Part shown: positions 1 to 9,615 of the stretch, in pieces
How positions within the stretch are numbered: position 1 is the first letter of the stretch
How the letters are laid out: every line of letters begins with the position of its first letter
NCBI GenBank assembly: GCA_965219415.1
Contig: CBDCNP010000002.1
Coordinates: forward strand, 2,208,001-2,272,000
Length of the DNA stretch: 64,000 nucleotides
Direction of reading: 5' to 3'
Origin: Candidatus Marinacidobacterales bacterium
GTDB lineage: Bacteria; Acidobacteriota; Vicinamibacteria; Marinacidobacterales; DATDRI01
Made by a program: the position numbers and the translations under genes
Notes under the pieces: generated by a model
Seen by the model: only the letters and a program-made list of their open reading frames with translations
The model's database searches: none
What the model was told of the DNA's origin: nothing

Positions 1-174
1 AGTCAATCTTCGACGCAATCGATGAGATCGCTGACCACTGAGATTCCTGCTCAGCCTGCTGGTCGATAACCATCCCCACTGCGCGCTCTTTTACCTCCGG
101 TGAATACCTCCTTCGTCTTGTCATGACTCCATCCTCTCAAGAGGTGGAGTCTCCGGGAAACCCGGGGCGGTTCA
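1..174 (-). mobile_element. IS3-family insertion sequence (IS51/IS629/IS6110-like), left end; continues beyond the window start
   Basis: Minus strand from 174 reads TGAACCGCCCCGGGTTTCCCGGAGACTCC, matching the IS629/IS6110-type terminal inverted repeat, and is followed by an OrfA-like frame. Confidence 0.9.
2..124 (-). CDS. IS3-family transposase OrfA, N-terminal part (truncated by window edge; not in ORF track)
   Basis: Manual translation MTRRRRYSPEVKERAVGMVIDQQAEQESQWSAISSIASKID resembles the IS629-type OrfA HTH start (FSPEVR.RA..MV......SQWAAI.SIA.KIG). Confidence 0.88.
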   Translation of the reverse strand, partial: MTRRRRYSPEVKERAVGMVIDQQAEQESQWSAISSIASKID

Positions 175-363
175 ATTCCTGCCTGCGGACCTGGCTTGGG
201 CCCAGACAGGTCAAGGGGGAGCCTCGTCCCCTCCTGATACGGCTGGCTCCCCAAAGCCCGCGATCCTAGCACGAACGCACGGCCGCGTCGCAGGCTATTA
301 CTGGCCAAAGTTCATGCTATACTTTTTTCGCTTCCATCCAGGTAAAAACGAGGTGAAACCGAT

Positions 364-558
364 ATGAGCGACGACCTCGAAGTCGAAAGCGATGTGTTCA
401 TGGAGGGCGGCGTTCTCTATTGCATTTGTGGTCAGCCGATAGAGCAAGAAGAAGCCGTTCCACTCATCGAGACCGAAGGGGGAAAACAGTTCATCGCCTG
501 CCCCACCTGTGACATGAAACACTGGGCAGAAGGTGGGATGTTCACGCTAGAGGACTAG
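364..558 (+). CDS. Small acidic Zn-ribbon-like hypothetical protein (64 aa)
   Basis: GAGGTG RBS before ATG; CxC and CxxC pairs (YCICG, ACPTC). Confidence 0.65.
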   Translation: MSDDLEVESDVFMEGGVLYCICGQPIEQEEAVPLIETEGGKQFIACPTCDMKHWAEGGMFTLED

Positions 559-804
559 CGCTACCGTTTCGACCCCGCGGGTGGCGCGCCCTTTGGATCC
601 CGTCAGGCGCCCGTAGATCGTGCCGGGCCCCAAAACACGGAGTGCCATGGGGCGCCAAAATGCGCGGTTGCTAGTGGCGGACCCAGCCAGGCGTCGGCCG
701 GTGACGGCTTCCAGCCCGAAAACAACCCCCCTGCGGGGGGAACGCCCGATCCTGCCAGCGCTCCCCCCTTCAAGGGGTCGATACGAATTCAGGGACCGGA
801 ATCC

Positions 805-1326
805 CTAGAAATCGTTAGAGCCACCGCCACCGGCATCGTCGCCCGAGTCTCCCTCACCCGAGCTACCGCTACCCCCTGATTCTGAACCCCAGCCACTAGT
901 ACTCGGGGCCGGTGTCGACCAGGGGCTCGGAGGTGGTACCACCGGTGCCGGTGCAGGCGCCGGTTTGGGTCTGGGCTTAGGCTTCGAAGCCGATTTCCGC
1001 TTGGGCGCCGATCGCTTTGTCGCCTTTCTCTTGGCCTTCTTCTTGGTCTTCCTCCGGGTGGGCCGCTTCTTGGTCTTGCGGCCCTTGCGCTTCGCTGGCT
1101 TGCGCTTGGTCTTCCGGCGAGCCTTCTTCCCCTTCTTTTTAGCTTTCTTCTTCCTAGCTGGTTTCCGGCGGGCCGTCTTCCGGGCCTTCTTCCTAGCCTT
1201 CTTTTTCCCTCGCCGGCCCCGCTTGGCTACCTTTCTTGCTTTCTTCTTCCGGGTGACCTTGCGTTTCGCGGTCTTCTTTTTCTTACGTGCCTTGGTCTTC
1301 TTCTTTTTTCTCTTCTTTTTCTTCAT
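805..1326 (-). CDS. Histone H1-like Lys/Arg-rich basic protein with Pro-rich linker and Gly/Ser/Asp tail
   Basis: GGAGGT RBS upstream; ~120 aa of K/R/A/T repeats, then PAPAPAP, then an acidic G/S tail. Confidence 0.75.
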   Translation of the reverse strand: MKKKKRKKKKTKARKKKKTAKRKVTRKKKARKVAKRGRRGKKKARKKARKTARRKPARKKKAKKKGKKARRKTKRKPAKRKGRKTKKRPTRRKTKKKAKRKATKRSAPKRKSASKPKPRPKPAPAPAPVVPPPSPWSTPAPSTSGWGSESGGSGSSGEGDSGDDAGGGGSNDF

Positions 1327-1548
1327 TTGAGCTGACTACCTCCATCAACAACCGAGCTTAGTCCACCTGGCTCTCATGGTCGGCCTTCTATTGAACTGCG
1401 TCGGAAAACAACCGCATAATTGATCAGAAGATTGCTATTCACCGACCGGGACCTTTTTCTCAAACGCAAAATCATTGTAAGGGTCATTCCATTGAAGTGT
1501 CAAAGGCGTTCTTATTACAATCACGCTTCCAAGTAAAGACAGGAAACG

Positions 1549-2400
1549 ATGCTGAGACGCCTTTCCAACTATCGCCACTTCGTCAAGATCGAGCATACGC
1601 TCTTCTCCTTTCCACTGCTTTTGAGTGGAGCACTGCTGGCCGGTAACCAATCCTTGAGTCTCAGAACGTTCGTCCTCATCCTAATCGCCGGAACGGGCGC
1701 TAGAACCGCGGCCTTGGGCTTGAATCGCATATTCGATCGCCATCTCGATCGGGCCAACCCTCGAACCGCGGGGCGGGAACTGCCACGAGGGGCCATGACG
1801 CCTGCAGAAGCCTGGCTCATTACCTCAATAGGGACAGTCGTTTACCTCTTGGCCGCCTATCTCATCTCGCCTCGGTGCCTGCTGCTTGCCCCAATACCCT
1901 TGGCGGTTTTCGTCATCTATCCACTCATGAAGCGGGTGACGATGTGGGCTCACCTAGGCGTCGGCCTCGCATTAAGCATGGCTCCGATCGGGGCTTGGTA
2001 CGCCGTCTCGCTCAGTTTGCGAGACATGGGGCCCGTTCTGGTCCTCGGGCTTTTCACCGTTTTTTGGGTGTCCGGTTTCGACATCATTTACTCAACCCTC
2101 GATGAAGCGCACGATCGCCAAGCCGGGTTGCATTCCTTGCCGGCTCGATTGGGACGCCAGAAAGCACTTGCGGTCTCCGCGTTGTTCCATGTGTTGGCGT
2201 TTTGCTGCCTGGCTGTACTTTATTGGTTAGAGCTCCGGGGTGTAGCGTCCGGGCTTTTGCTACTGGTTACCGGAGCGCTACTTTACCTGGAGCATCGAAA
2301 TTCGGCCGATGTCGATTTGGCCTTCTTCAAGATCAATACCGTCCTTGGCTTCGTGGTGCTTGCTTTCGTCTATGCAGGCGTCTCGGTGTCGCTCCCTTAG
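1549..2400 (+). CDS. mqnP: UbiA-family prenyltransferase of the futalosine pathway (MqnP-like)
   Basis: KIEHTLF, NRIFDRHLDRANPRT, GFDIIYSTLDEAHD motifs; multi-TM; next to mqnE/A/C. Confidence 0.9.
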   Translation: MLRRLSNYRHFVKIEHTLFSFPLLLSGALLAGNQSLSLRTFVLILIAGTGARTAALGLNRIFDRHLDRANPRTAGRELPRGAMTPAEAWLITSIGTVVYLLAAYLISPRCLLLAPIPLAVFVIYPLMKRVTMWAHLGVGLALSMAPIGAWYAVSLSLRDMGPVLVLGLFTVFWVSGFDIIYSTLDEAHDRQAGLHSLPARLGRQKALAVSALFHVLAFCCLAVLYWLELRGVASGLLLLVTGALLYLEHRNSADVDLAFFKINTVLGFVVLAFVYAGVSVSLP

Positions 2401-2641
2401 CGCACTCGGGCGCTGCCAGCCTGCAAGGGATGTCCGGCCGAACCGCTCCATTCGGAGCCATCGAAGCTCTGCTGGTTTTGTGGCAGCCCTCGCCACTCGC
2501 GTTGCTATCCGGTTCCAATCAGCGCTTACGGCGCCATCTTCAGAAGTCGGCTTGCCATCCAGGCTTCGCCCGGTACTAGAATGGGCTCGGGGGATGTGAG
2601 AAAATCTCGAGTCTTGAAGTAAAGGGGGCCTAATTTCGACC

Positions 2642-3799
2642 ATGCGCAACGCTCGTAACAGCGGTAAAGTGGACCCGCGAGACTCCCCAGACGTGCCAGA
2701 TCTGGACATAGAACTGCGACCCATCGAGTTCCAGGACCAAGCCCTTGCTCCGATATGGGAGAAAGTGGCTCAAAATAAAAGACTTGATCGTGAGGACGGG
2801 CTGACCATCCTCAATACATGGGACCTCGGCGCCCTGGGCCGTATGGCGGACCACGTCAAGCGAACCAAGAGCGGGGACTACGTCTATTTCGTCATCAACC
2901 GTCAGCTCAATCCGACGAACGTTTGCGTCCTCGACTGCAAGTTTTGTGACTTCGCCGCCAAGCCCAAAGACCCGCACGCCTACGAGATGTCCATGGACGA
3001 GGTTTTGAGCCGCTGCAGCGACGAGCTCTCGGAGGTGCACATTGTAGGAGGTCTCCATCCAACGTGGCCATTCGAGAAGTACCTGGACATTCAGCGAGCG
3101 ATTCACGAGGCACACCCCAAGATCCAAATCAAAGCGTGGACCGCAGTCGAAATCGATTGGTTCGCTCAAATCGCCAACTTGTCTATCGAAGAGGTGCTGG
3201 GCCAACTTCGAGAAGCAGGCCTGGCATCGCTACCGGGCGGAGGGGCCGAGGTGTTTTCGGCACGTGTACGGGACGAGCTTTTCAAAAGAAAGATCGGGGA
3301 GGAACGTTGGTTCGAGGTGCATCGCATAGCCCACCGCATGGGTATACCGTCGAATGCGACGCTGCTCTACGGACACATCGAAACCTACCAGGAGCGGGTC
3401 GACCACATGCTCAAGCTGCGGGAGCAGCAGGATGAAGCGCCGGGGTTTCTCTCCTTCATACCCCTCGCGTTCCAGCCAGGGCACACCGGCATCGTCGACC
3501 GCCAGGTGTCCCCAATCGAAGACCTGCGAACCGTCGCCTGCGCCCGGCTGCTCCTTGACAACTTTCCTCACATCAAGTCCTACTGGATCATGTTGGGCGA
3601 GGAGACCGCGTCGGTCGCTCTCAACTTCGGTGCGAACGACCTCGACGGAACGATTGGTGAAGAGCGTATCGCTCACGCCGCACTTGCCAAGAGCCCGATA
3701 GGGTTAGCGAGAGACAGGCTGGTGGATATGATCACCGAAGCGGGCAAAGTGCCCGTCGAGCGAGACGCACTCTACGAAGTGATCCGAGTGTACAACTAG
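2642..3799 (+). CDS. mqnE: Aminofutalosine synthase (radical SAM)
   Basis: TNVCVLDCKFCDF, EVHIVGGLHP, LPGGGAEVF, HIKSYW, GANDLDGT. Confidence 0.9.
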   Translation: MRNARNSGKVDPRDSPDVPDLDIELRPIEFQDQALAPIWEKVAQNKRLDREDGLTILNTWDLGALGRMADHVKRTKSGDYVYFVINRQLNPTNVCVLDCKFCDFAAKPKDPHAYEMSMDEVLSRCSDELSEVHIVGGLHPTWPFEKYLDIQRAIHEAHPKIQIKAWTAVEIDWFAQIANLSIEEVLGQLREAGLASLPGGGAEVFSARVRDELFKRKIGEERWFEVHRIAHRMGIPSNATLLYGHIETYQERVDHMLKLREQQDEAPGFLSFIPLAFQPGHTGIVDRQVSPIEDLRTVACARLLLDNFPHIKSYWIMLGEETASVALNFGANDLDGTIGEERIAHAALAKSPIGLARDRLVDMITEAGKVPVERDALYEVIRVYN

Positions 3800-3812
3800 G
3801 CCCCGTCTCCCG

Positions 3813-4595
3813 ATGTCGCTCGTCATAGGACAAATCTCCTACCTCAACTCGCAGCCCTTCTATCCACTTCTTGGAGAGCACCGCTTGTTGGCTATGCCGC
3901 CCCGGGAGCTTGGCCGGCTAGCGGAGCGGGGCGAGATCGACACCGGCATCATGGCTACTGCGGACTTTCTCGCGCTCGAGTCCCTCTACGAGCCGGCGGC
4001 AGACCTCGGGATCGCGAACCACGAGGAAGTGCGGAGCATCCTGCTTTACAGCCATCGCCCCCTCTCGACGCTCGAGGGAGCGACGATTGGGGTCACCGAA
4101 GAGACCTCCACCTCCATTTGCCTGCTTCGATTGCTCCTCGAGGTGCGAGAAGGTATTCGCCCTCAAGGATACGTGCGCGGGCTTCGCGAGGAGGGTGACG
4201 CTTTTCTACTCATTGGGAACGAGGCTCTCCGCAGCCACAACCGTCCACCCGCCGATTTCGAGCACCGCTACGACCTGGCCAAGGAATGGTGGAACTGGAA
4301 GCAACTACCGTTCGTTTTCGCCCTCTGGACGATCAAACGATCGGTACCCGCCGCAGAGAAGCAGGCGTTTCGCGAGCTCTTGGACCGCTCGCTGGCCAAG
4401 GGCATGGCGCAGATCGACGAGATAGCGGCTCGATACGCGGGAGAGCTCGGCTCGGCCGAGGCACTGGCGTCTTATCTCAGAAACTTCCACTACCGGTTGG
4501 GGCCCGAGGAGAAGCGAGGACTCGAGGAGTTTCGGAGACTGGTCCAGGAGAATCGGATCCTCGAACCCGTGGCGACAGACAGGGGAGCGGTGTGA
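3813..4595 (+). CDS. mqnA: Chorismate dehydratase (futalosine pathway)
   Basis: ISYLNSQP, LLIGNEAL, DLAKEW..W..LPFVFALW. Confidence 0.88.
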   Translation: MSLVIGQISYLNSQPFYPLLGEHRLLAMPPRELGRLAERGEIDTGIMATADFLALESLYEPAADLGIANHEEVRSILLYSHRPLSTLEGATIGVTEETSTSICLLRLLLEVREGIRPQGYVRGLREEGDAFLLIGNEALRSHNRPPADFEHRYDLAKEWWNWKQLPFVFALWTIKRSVPAAEKQAFRELLDRSLAKGMAQIDEIAARYAGELGSAEALASYLRNFHYRLGPEEKRGLEEFRRLVQENRILEPVATDRGAV

Positions 4596-5680
4596 AGACG
4601 ACCTTGGGCATGGAGTCGATTCAAGAAAAAGTCCGTGCCGGCGAGCGCGTCTCGCCCGAGGAAGGGTTGTACTTGTTGCGGGATGCGCCGGTCCTCGAGC
4701 TAGGTCAGTTGGCAATGGAAATCCGCAGACGGCGGAATCCCGATCCGGTGATCACGTACGTGGTGGATACCAACCCCAACTACACAAACGTTTGCGATGT
4801 CGATTGCACGTTCTGTGCTTTCTACCGACCGCCGGGACACGCCGAGGCCTACACCTACTCGATCGAGGAGATGGTCGACAGGATCGGAAGGTCGGTGGCC
4901 ATGGGCGTCACCACCGTCCTCATGCAAGGTGGTGTGAGCCCAGAAATCCCATTCGACTACTACCCCGACATGGTGCGGGCAGTTCGAGAGCGCTTCCCGG
5001 AGGTGACTCCGCATTTTTGGTCGGCCCCCGAAATCCAAGGGATGGCCAAGGTCTCGGGGTTGACCACAAAGGAAGTGTTGGCACGGCTCAAGGAAGCCGG
5101 GCAGTTCACGTTACCGGGAGGCGGAGCAGAAATCCTCTCCGATCGCGTGCGGCGCAAGATCTCGCACAAGAAGGGCGGCGCGAACACATGGCTAGACGTG
5201 CATCGTGAAGCGCACGAGCTTGGATTCCGTACCACCGCCACCATGATGTACGGTCACGTGGAAACCGATGAGGACATCGTCCAACATCTTTCGAGCATCC
5301 GTGAGCTTCAGGACCTCCATCGAGGCTTCACCGCTTTCGTCCCTTGGAGCTTCAAGCCGGGGAATACGCCACTTCTCATCAAGATTCCGCGACACGCGGG
5401 GCCGAACCGCTACCTGCGCGTCCTGGCCGCATCGCGCATCTACTTGGATAACTTCGAGCACATCCAGGCCTCTTGGTTCTCGGAGGGCAAGAAGGCGGGG
5501 CAAATCGCGCTCCACTGGGGGGCCGACGACTTTGGTGGCACGCTCTTCGAAGAAAACGTCCACGCTTGTACCGGCTTCGTTAACAAGACGTCAACCGAGG
5601 AAATTCAGACCCTCATCACGGAGGCTGGATTCCAACCCGCTCAGCGAACCACGCTCTACGAGATGGTCGCCCGCAACTGA
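4592..5680 (+). CDS. mqnC: Cyclic dehypoxanthinyl futalosine synthase (radical SAM)
   Basis: NYTNVCDVDCTFCAF, LMQGG, PGGGAEIL, HIQASW, GADDFGGTLFEENV. GTG start at 4592 overlaps the mqnA stop. Confidence 0.9.
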   Translation: MKTTLGMESIQEKVRAGERVSPEEGLYLLRDAPVLELGQLAMEIRRRRNPDPVITYVVDTNPNYTNVCDVDCTFCAFYRPPGHAEAYTYSIEEMVDRIGRSVAMGVTTVLMQGGVSPEIPFDYYPDMVRAVRERFPEVTPHFWSAPEIQGMAKVSGLTTKEVLARLKEAGQFTLPGGGAEILSDRVRRKISHKKGGANTWLDVHREAHELGFRTTATMMYGHVETDEDIVQHLSSIRELQDLHRGFTAFVPWSFKPGNTPLLIKIPRHAGPNRYLRVLAASRIYLDNFEHIQASWFSEGKKAGQIALHWGADDFGGTLFEENVHACTGFVNKTSTEEIQTLITEAGFQPAQRTTLYEMVARN

Positions 5681-5684
5681 CGGC

Positions 5685-6680
5685 CTACTCGACCTTGAGG
5701 GGACGACTCATTAGCTCGCGAATCGCTTCCGCGGGCGTTGTCTCTCCATTGAGTAGCCGATCCATCTGAAACGTGATGGGCATCTCGACACCGTGCGCTT
5801 TCGCGAGCGACAAAGTGGCGTGAGTGGTCGGGACCCCCTCCGCCACCATTCGCATCGAGGTCAGGATATCTTCGAGGGACTTGCCCTTCCCGAGCTCGTA
5901 GCCGACGGTGCGGTTACGAGAAAGGTTGCCAGTGCAGGTCAATACCAAATCCCCCATTCCAGCGAGCCCGGCCAGCGTTTCCCTTCGCCCACCTAGCGCC
6001 ACGCTCAAACGAGAAATCTCCGCCAAGCCTCGGGTGATGAGCGCGGCGACTGGATTGTGCCCCAGGCCCAGCCCCGCCGAGACCCCGGCCGCGATGGCGA
6101 TGACGTTCTTTACCGCTCCTCCCAATTCCACACCAACCACGTCGTCGTTGGTGTAGACGCGAAGGGTCAACGAAGACAACTCCTCCTGAACTTTCTGTGC
6201 GAGATTCGGCCGGCTACTCGCGGCAACGAGGGCGGTGGGCTGTTCCTCCGCGACTTCCCGTGCGAAGGTCGGTCCAGAGAGCGCGACCACGCCGGGACCC
6301 AAGCGATCACTCATGACCTGCTCGATGACCTCGCTCATGCGCAACAAGCTCTTCTCCTCGATCCCCTTGGTGGCACTTACCAGGAGAGCATCGGCAGGAA
6401 CGTTCGGAGCTGCCCGCTCCAGAACCCTCCTCAAGTATTGAGAAGGCACGGCGGTCAGTACGACCTCGGCATCGCGCGTTGCTTCCGCGAGGTCATTAGT
6501 GGGTTCCAGGGTTGCGGGAAGCTCCACACCAGGAAGGAAGATTTCGTTGGCCCGCCGGTTCCGTATGGAGTCGACGACCTCGGCCTCGTTCGCCCAGAGG
6601 CGCACTTGGTGATCTAGTCGGGCCGCGAGGCGGGCGAGAGCGGTACCCCACCCACCCGCTCCAATGACAGCGATACGCAT
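5685..6680 (-). CDS. gpsA: NAD(P)H-dependent glycerol-3-phosphate dehydrogenase
   Basis: GAGGWGTALA, SGPTFA, GGAVKNVIAIAAG, GMGDLVLTC, SRN. Confidence 0.96.
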   Translation of the reverse strand: MRIAVIGAGGWGTALARLAARLDHQVRLWANEAEVVDSIRNRRANEIFLPGVELPATLEPTNDLAEATRDAEVVLTAVPSQYLRRVLERAAPNVPADALLVSATKGIEEKSLLRMSEVIEQVMSDRLGPGVVALSGPTFAREVAEEQPTALVAASSRPNLAQKVQEELSSLTLRVYTNDDVVGVELGGAVKNVIAIAAGVSAGLGLGHNPVAALITRGLAEISRLSVALGGRRETLAGLAGMGDLVLTCTGNLSRNRTVGYELGKGKSLEDILTSMRMVAEGVPTTHATLSLAKAHGVEMPITFQMDRLLNGETTPAEAIRELMSRPLKVE

Positions 6681-6697
6681 CGAAGCGGCCTTCCGCC

Positions 6698-6796
6698 TCA
6701 GCGGTCTTGCTTGCTCGCCTGAAGCAGAAAGTAGATGAACCCGCCCCAGACACCGGTGAGAACCACCGTCATCATGATGTATCCGGAAAGTTCCAC
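6698..6796 (-). CDS. MetS-like NSS transporter small subunit (32 aa; not in ORF track)
   Basis: GTG start 1 nt after the NSS stop, GGAG RBS; VELSGYIMMTVVLTGVWGGFIYFLLQASKQDR is a single TM with the IMM...WGG pattern. Confidence 0.75.
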   Translation of the reverse strand: MELSGYIMMTVVLTGVWGGFIYFLLQASKQDR

Positions 6797-6797
6797 G

Positions 6798-8270
6798 TCA
6801 GTCTCCGTCACCGGTCCCGACTCTCGTCGCCCACCAGCGGTTCAGAAGAAGTAGCACCGCGATCACGAGGCCCCATTGAAAGACAGCGGTGCCAACACTG
6901 TAAGTATGGAAAGGATTCCACCAACCCTCGGGGTCTAGGGTGGTCGCCGCCTGATAGAACCACCAGACCACGAGGGCGGCGAACTCTAGCGGAATGAGAA
7001 TCGTCATCACCAGCACGAACCATCGCCCGACCGGGTGCCTCTCTTCCGGTGTATTGATGAGCTCTTTTCTAAAACGGTCGGCGCCGTATCGTATGGCGGC
7101 GATCGCGATAAACAGTCCAGAAACGAGCAGCCCTAATCCCCACACCCAATCTTGATTTTCCAAGAAGCCCATCTTCCAAGCCGAAGGCAGCCCGAGCACG
7201 AACCCCAACACACCGACCAGCGATACGGCCGTCGTCCGCTGCACTCCCAAGTCCACGAACATACGGGTGGCCATTTCAATCATCGCAATCAGCGACGACA
7301 TGGCCGCAAAACTAAGCGTTAGAAAGAACAGGGCGAGGAACACCCTTCCCGCCCAAATCTGCGCGAAGAGTTGCGGTAACCAAATGAAGGTGAGGCCATA
7401 GTTTCCGGCCCCCAAGGCTTCGCGCGCTTGTGCTTCGGGAAGAACCGAAAAGACCGTGCACATGATCGCGATCCCCGCCAACAAAGACGCCGCGTAGTCA
7501 CCGAACGCGGTGGTGTAGCTGGTCAGCACGAAATCGTCCTTCTTGTGCAGGTAGACACCGTACGTCATGACCAAGCCCCAACCCGCTCCGGTGCTCCATG
7601 CCGACTGGGTCAGGGCCTCCAGCCAAATCCGGTAGTTCAGAAGGTCAGTCCAGACGGGAGTGAAGAGAAAACCCAGTCCCTTGATGGCGTCATCCAACAT
7701 GACCGCCCGAACTGCGGCGACGATGAGCAAAAGGAACAGGAGGGGTATCAGAATCCGATTCGTTCGTTCGATTCCGCGCACCACGCCGCGATAAATGATG
7801 AGGCAACCGATCACCATCGCCGCCAAGTGAAAGGTGGCTGGCTGGAAGCCGCCGCTGGTGAAGCTTTGCCAATACGCTTCCGAATCACTCGCCATCGTGC
7901 CCGAGCTAAGGGTGGCGAAGAAATATTTGAGACACCAGCCCGTGACCACCGAGTAGTAGAACAGGATGAAACACGTGCAAACGCCCACGAAAGCGCCCAT
8001 CCAGTTGTAGTTCTTGCCGATCAAATGACCGATGGCGCCGGCCGGCCCCCTCCGCGTGTGCTTGCCGAGAGCGAACTCGGACAGCACCAATGGAACCGAC
8101 CACGCGAACATGAAAACCAGCCAAGCGATGAGGAAGGCACCCCCGCCATTGGCTGCGGCCACCCGTGGGAATCGCCAGATATTGCCTGTCCCCACGGCCA
8201 TCCCGATCGCGGCAAGCAGAATGCCCCAACGCGAGCTAAAGAGATCTTGGTGCTCTTTCATTTCAGGCAT
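6798..8270 (-). CDS. Sodium-dependent neurotransmitter:sodium symporter (NSS/SNF) family transporter
   Basis: FSSRWG, GMAVGTGNIWRFP, GGGAFL, YYSVVTGW, GLTFIWLP. Start moved to ATG 8270. Confidence 0.93.
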   Translation of the reverse strand: MPEMKEHQDLFSSRWGILLAAIGMAVGTGNIWRFPRVAAANGGGAFLIAWLVFMFAWSVPLVLSEFALGKHTRRGPAGAIGHLIGKNYNWMGAFVGVCTCFILFYYSVVTGWCLKYFFATLSSGTMASDSEAYWQSFTSGGFQPATFHLAAMVIGCLIIYRGVVRGIERTNRILIPLLFLLLIVAAVRAVMLDDAIKGLGFLFTPVWTDLLNYRIWLEALTQSAWSTGAGWGLVMTYGVYLHKKDDFVLTSYTTAFGDYAASLLAGIAIMCTVFSVLPEAQAREALGAGNYGLTFIWLPQLFAQIWAGRVFLALFFLTLSFAAMSSLIAMIEMATRMFVDLGVQRTTAVSLVGVLGFVLGLPSAWKMGFLENQDWVWGLGLLVSGLFIAIAAIRYGADRFRKELINTPEERHPVGRWFVLVMTILIPLEFAALVVWWFYQAATTLDPEGWWNPFHTYSVGTAVFQWGLVIAVLLLLNRWWATRVGTGDGD

Positions 8271-8345
8271 TCGAGGACCCCAATGGGAGCCTATTCTAAC
8301 AGGCCGGTTACATATAATGGCTCTCACACTAGATAGGAGGAAGAC

Positions 8346-9573
8346 ATGAAGCGTGCGCTGCCTACCATCGCGATCTTGACGGTTTTCGGCTCGACGAGCC
8401 CAGCCGTCTCCGAGGAACACCCTCTGCGTATACGAGCCGACCGCATCATTGCGGTCGGAGCCAACGTTCGACCGCCCGCCAACGCCGAGGTCCTGGACCT
8501 CACCGGCCATACCGTGCTTCCCGGCCTGATCGATAGTCACACCCATATCTGCCTCGCCCCCGACTACGGCTCTAACAATCCGGTCCTCAACAAATCGGTT
8601 GCGTTTCGAACCTTGGAAGGAGCGGCCGCCGCGCGGGCTTCACTCGAAGCGGGTTTCACTACTCTCCGAGATGTGGACAACGAAGGAGCCGGCTTCGCAG
8701 ATGTCGCGATACGAGACGCCATCAACCAGCACCTCGTTCCGGGCCCCCGTCTACTCGTCTCGACGCTTGCCCTCAGCATTACCGGGGGTCACATGAACCA
8801 CACCGGTCTCGCCCCCGAGATCGACGAGCGTGTACCGCAACTTCGCGGTGATGACGGACACGACCGACGAAATGATCAAGGAAGTCCGCCGGCAGATTAA
8901 GTACGGAGCCGATTGGATCAAGATATATGCGACGGGCACCCTTCGGCACATCGATCGCAAAACGATGGACCCGCTTCCTCAACTGAGCGAGGAGCAGGTC
9001 CGCGCGATCGTAGAAGAGGCCGGTCGCTTTCGGAAGGATGTCGCCGCCCACGCTTACGGCGGAGACGGAGCACGAGCCGCGGTGCTGGGCGGCGTTCGGT
9101 CCATCGAGCACGGAATGTTGCTCGACGAGTCCATCCTTTCTCTCATGGCGGATCGGGGGACTTATTGGTGCCCGACCTTATCCGTCTTCGCCCCTCGAAC
9201 GCCGGAGGAAGAGGCAGACTCCTTCTTCCATCGCATTCAAGTGCGGCAACGAAGAGCATTTCAAAAGGGTATGGAGTTGGGGGTCAAGATCGTCTTCGGT
9301 ACCGACGCCGGAGCCATCCCGCATGGAGACAACGCGGTGGAGTTTCTCCGCATGGTCCGCATGGGTATGGAACCTATGGTGGCCATTCAGTCCGCCACCT
9401 CGCTCGCCGCCGAGTTTCTACGCCTCGAAGATACGATCGGCACCATCAAACCGGGATTGCAAGCGGATTTGATCGCCGTTCGCAGCGACCCGCTCGCCGA
9501 TATTCGGGCCTTGCAGGACGTGGCCTTCGTGATGAAGGGTGGGAAGATCGTAAAGCGCCCTCCGCTCGAATAG
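8346..9573 (+). CDS. Metal-dependent amidohydrolase (Xaa-Pro dipeptidase-like), signal peptide; frameshift near 8841
   Basis: PGLIDSHTH and GFTTLRD in one frame; GADWIK, AAHA, SIEHG, FGTDAG, ADLIAV in the next frame. Confidence 0.85.
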
Positions 9574-9615
9574 CCCATTAGGCATGATAGGCTTGTTTCA
9601 GAAGCGCCACATCAC

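Noticed and set aside
51-308. 85-aa minus-strand ORF; also considered 6S or SRP RNA here
   Set aside because: The ORF crosses the IS boundary out of frame with OrfA. No SRP or 6S hallmark motifs or synteny were seen.
965-1330. Phe/Leu-rich hydrophobic ORF on the plus strand
   Set aside because: It is the antisense shadow of the Lys-rich gene (AAG/AAA codons read as CTT/TTT) and has no RBS.
2401-2641. Possible ubiX/mqnM remnant between mqnP and mqnE (GMSGRTAPFGAIEALL)
   Set aside because: Resemblance to the UbiX N-terminus is too weak and no other motifs are present.
8271-8546. Long N-terminal extensions in the ORF track (NSS, also mqnC, cdaR, ogt, 54863 ORF)
   Set aside because: They overlap neighbouring real genes; downstream starts fit the family N-termini and RBS positions better.
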